From Obrimoposthia wandeli (lineage: Eukaryota): a stretch of DNA of 63,265 bases. The stretch is from contig CDROCS010003202.1 of NCBI GenBank assembly GCA_977020255.1, forward strand, positions 186,001 to 249,265, in the 5' to 3' direction. Positions 59,977 through 63,265 of the stretch are shown here, in pieces. The notes beneath the pieces were generated by a model. It had not been told where the DNA came from, did no database searches, and was given only the letters and a program-made list of their open reading frames with translations. A program made the translations under genes and the position numbers. Position 1 is the stretch's first letter; each line of letters opens with the position of its first letter.

Positions 59977-60019
59977 AATGGAGTGAGACATTTTTTAAAA
60001 TTTATATTTATTAATTTTT

Positions 60020-60359
60020 ATATAGTTCAGTACAAGTACAAGAATCAGCAGAGAAGGTCCTGGGTGATAAATTCAATGGAGTTTATCCAATTGATATGAT
60101 TCCATTTTTTCAATCTGGAGGTTACATTATCAATACTCATACTTCGAATTTACTAGGAGAGCATTGGATAGCTATTTATGTTAGAGAGTGGACAATACAT
60201 GTATTTGATCCACTTGCAATGTATTATCCACACAAACTTGTTTCAACTATTCAAAAAGGACGAAGAAGAGTATTTTACAACAAGATACAATATCAGGATC
60301 ATGCGACGAGAAACTGTGGACATTTATGTATTTTATGTTTATCGTTGCAAAACGATTAG
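60020..60359 (+). pseudogene. Adenain-like cysteine protease
   Basis: 'YIINTHTSNLLGEHWIAIY', 'VFDPLA' and 'QYQ..ATRNCGHLC' supply the His/Asp/Gln/Cys residues. Confidence 0.88.
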
Positions 60360-60639
60360 TGTGTTATAAAAATAAAAAATTTTAAATGTTTTATTTTGAA
60401 TTATGTTTTAAATCTCTAAAAATTTAAGGGTAAAATAATAAAAGACATAAGACAATTTTTTTTAATACATTTATTAATCACAACATCACAATGAGATATG
60501 TCAGCAAAGATAAGGCATAATAAATAAGGTCCATCCTAAAAAAGTATTGAAATAACAAATAAGTTAGAGTCTAGGTGCCATAGGGATCTAAAATTAAAAA
60601 AAAAAAAAAATCAAAAAATGAAAACCGTTTAAATTCTGA

Positions 60640-63265
60640 AGTGTCCATAAGCCAGGCTAGCGTTCTTTTCTACCCAAAAGCGCTTGTCGTCATTACTACT
60701 CAAAGCGATTTTGGTTGATTTATGGGAATACAGTTGATGGGCTCTTGAAATAAATCTAGTTTGCTCAACGCTTTCAATACACCCAGTATCAAAACTTTGT
60801 AGGCCTCATGTGTAAGATTGTTTCTTCCCACACCCCTTGCTCTCATTGAACATGTATTATTAGATGCATGTAAACTGTAGCATTTAGGGTGTACGAAAAA
60901 TACAATCATCATACGAAACCTGTCCCTCGCTTTCATCCTTAAATTTCCCGATAATGTCCTTTAAACTCATAGAGTGTAGAGGATGGTTAACGGTATATTT
61001 ATGGGTATCTAGTAAGTTGTCCCTAAACATTGCTGGTAATAATTGATTATTTAAACTAACATTCCTACATTCTAAAAAGAAAGAGTCAGTATCCCCAGCT
61101 GCGATTTTAATCTCACAATTAAATTCTTGTCGGTATTTCTCCAATTCTATGTATTGAAGCTCATACATTCTGAGTTTAGAAATGTCTAAAACCGTTTGAC
61201 CTATATAACTCGGTCGATCGAGACAAATACTCTGTTTTCTTAATAACACTGCTACCAAGTCATCTGCAATTGTAAAACTACGCTTGAAGTTGTACTTGCT
61301 AGTATATGTTATTAGTTTACGCTCATCATTGCAAAACCGTAGACAAATACGTTTCCGCAAGTCCTCTACAGTTTTTCCAAAGAGACTATTACTTTTTAGC
61401 TTGTAAAAATCTCGATCGAATTTGCTAGTGGCCAAATTACGTTTTCTTGAATTCTTCTCAATATAGTCTTTAAACACAAAGTTTTGACTGAAGCTTATAG
61501 CACGATGAATTCGAGTAACTTTCGCTCCCAACTTTAAGTAGAATTGAAGAAGCCGCCAATGCACAACATAATTCAACTTGTCTTCATGGGTTAACAATAA
61601 TTTCTTAACCTTTGAATTAGGTGGGCATTGATGAACCAGCGCTACTGGAAGATCATCTAATTTATCATCCACTTTAGGAGGGATTTTATGTCCACCTCAA
61701 CCAAATAGCCGACGTCGGATGAAACTGTATCAACAATAGCCAAATCTGTCATCAACTTATTCAACTGATCCACATCATAAACCCACTTAAAGTTGGCATG
61801 AGGTAGAGGTTGTGTAAGCGCCCACCCATACAAATTATTAATATCGATGTACAGAATATCCGTGGATTGATTTTTGACAACATGATGTTTGTTGACAAAA
61901 GTCATTCCACCGCGTATACCATAATCATACATTTGATACATCGCGGGATCTTGCAGTAACTCGATATTAATTTTAAGAGTTTTTATTGCTGTTGCCCATG
62001 AAAGACCAGGTAAACTAAAGAAATGCATGGGATCTAGTCTATCTTCTGCTAAAGACTTTACACGAAAGGACTCAAAAACATCAGCTAAAAGATAAATGTC
62101 TAACTTCATATAATAAAGCATATATTCGAAAAGATTTGACAATTATTCACCCAAAATATACGGGCCTCATTATAGTCTTGAAGACTTACACTTTCAAATT
62201 CAGTTCTGGGTGGGATTTCAGTTGTATTTAAATCTGCGAAAGTTTTCGCAATTTATACGGAAAAATCCCCTTATCGTTAACTGAAGCTGGGAACACTGAC
62301 TGTGTAATTGGCCATGCATTTAAAGATGCCGTTAAATTTTTAAAGACGCTCAAAAACTGCAGAGAATCTATGAATCTTAAACTGCAGAATTCAGTATATG
62401 CAGTTAAAGATAAATATTTCTCTGAAGTTTGAGGTATACATGAAATTTCCCAAGAGCTTAATGTACCCAACGCGTATTTAAGTATATGATGCAAATCATA
62501 TCCTTTGAGGTTATGAAACACGATGGGAATGCGTGGTTTTTTAGGGAGACGACGGCCAAGGTTTACAAAGGTTGCACGCCGCTCCCAAGTATCGCCCGTA
62601 ACATGATCGTGATCTCTGACTAACTTAGACTGGGTTCCACACAAATAACATAATCTACAAGAATTAAAATTAACCCAGTCTATGCCTGTCATGATCATTG
62701 CTTGATGAGCATTGAGATCATACCACGGTTTGACAATTGTTGTTCCTAATTCTCTAATTTTAACATAAAATCTAAAAATACAATTTGGACCGGAAAATTT
62801 ATGATACTGGGTAATATTGGGGCCTAAGAATAGTAGTCCTGCCGGAAGCTGTAGGTGAATACTCTCATACTGGTCGTGCAATGCTAAAAATTGACTCGCC
62901 AAAATCTGCATACACCCTGAATTCCATGGGTATGCATATTGCCCAATCCCCTGAATTCCAAAAACCCTTTATCCTTAGTGGCACATACGTATTGTCATCA
63001 GATCATATCATAACAAGTTTGATGTTTGCTGTAAGAGAGCTCTTGATCGAACCCATTATGCAAACATCTTTATGACACCACTTACACCTTATCCTAACCG
63101 GTAAGGCTCCATTAAGCCCAAATTTAGAAGACGATCTAAACTGGGAATTGCAGCATAATGGAATTTATTATTCTGTTCGAGCAAAATTAAAGTTGACCTG
63201 AGTCCCCCATTACTTTACCCTATAAATTACATCTACAAAAGGATTTTTAAAATTTTCTTCATCTG
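60640..63265 (-). pseudogene. Protein-primed family B DNA polymerase, fragmented
   Basis: 'IVFHNLKGYDLHHI', 'LRFIDSLQFL', 'YIDINNLYGWALTQPLP', 'KLKSNSLFGKT' and 'AAGDTDSFF'. An endonuclease-VII-like 'VRDHDHVTG' is also present. Confidence 0.95.

Larger units (their letters stand above)
52426..63265. mobile_element. Maverick/Polinton (adintovirus-like), degenerate and cut by the window end
   Basis: Full core gene set: packaging ATPase, RVE integrase, capsids, adenain-like protease and protein-primed PolB. The left terminus is tentatively placed at AGTAGG (52426), ahead of a repeat-rich GC region. Confidence 0.92.

Overview
This is an AT-rich, intron-containing eukaryotic (probably invertebrate) window with three parts. 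(1) 1-17.5 kb: a degenerate, minus-strand Ty3/Gypsy-type LTR retrotransposon (3244-17509). Its gene order is gag, a chuvirus/gB-like glycoprotein fragment, PR-RT-RH-IN, a second env-like glycoprotein, a coiled-coil ORF and a DEDDh exonuclease. Its complete LTR, a nested solo LTR (7616-8741, TAAG target duplication) and a third LTR end at the window start each carry a type I hammerhead ribozyme. The three ribozymes show compensatory changes and a shared loop-II pseudoknot, and all lie antisense to gag-pol. This is the most striking system in the window. (2) 20.1-50.7 kb: a plus-strand multi-exon RAB3GAP1 (Rab3 GTPase-activating protein catalytic subunit) gene. Its large introns hold transposon debris (Gypsy, Tc1/mariner, hAT MITE) and a nested antisense, intronless permuted papain-like ORF. 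(3) 52.4-63.3 kb: a degenerate Maverick/Polinton (ATPase, integrase, minor and major capsid, adenain-like protease, pPolB). It has a 70-bp perfect palindrome near its terminus and a TBP-like gene with a 38-nt spliceosomal intron. All assignments come from reading the sequence and recalling motifs; no searches or folding programs were run.
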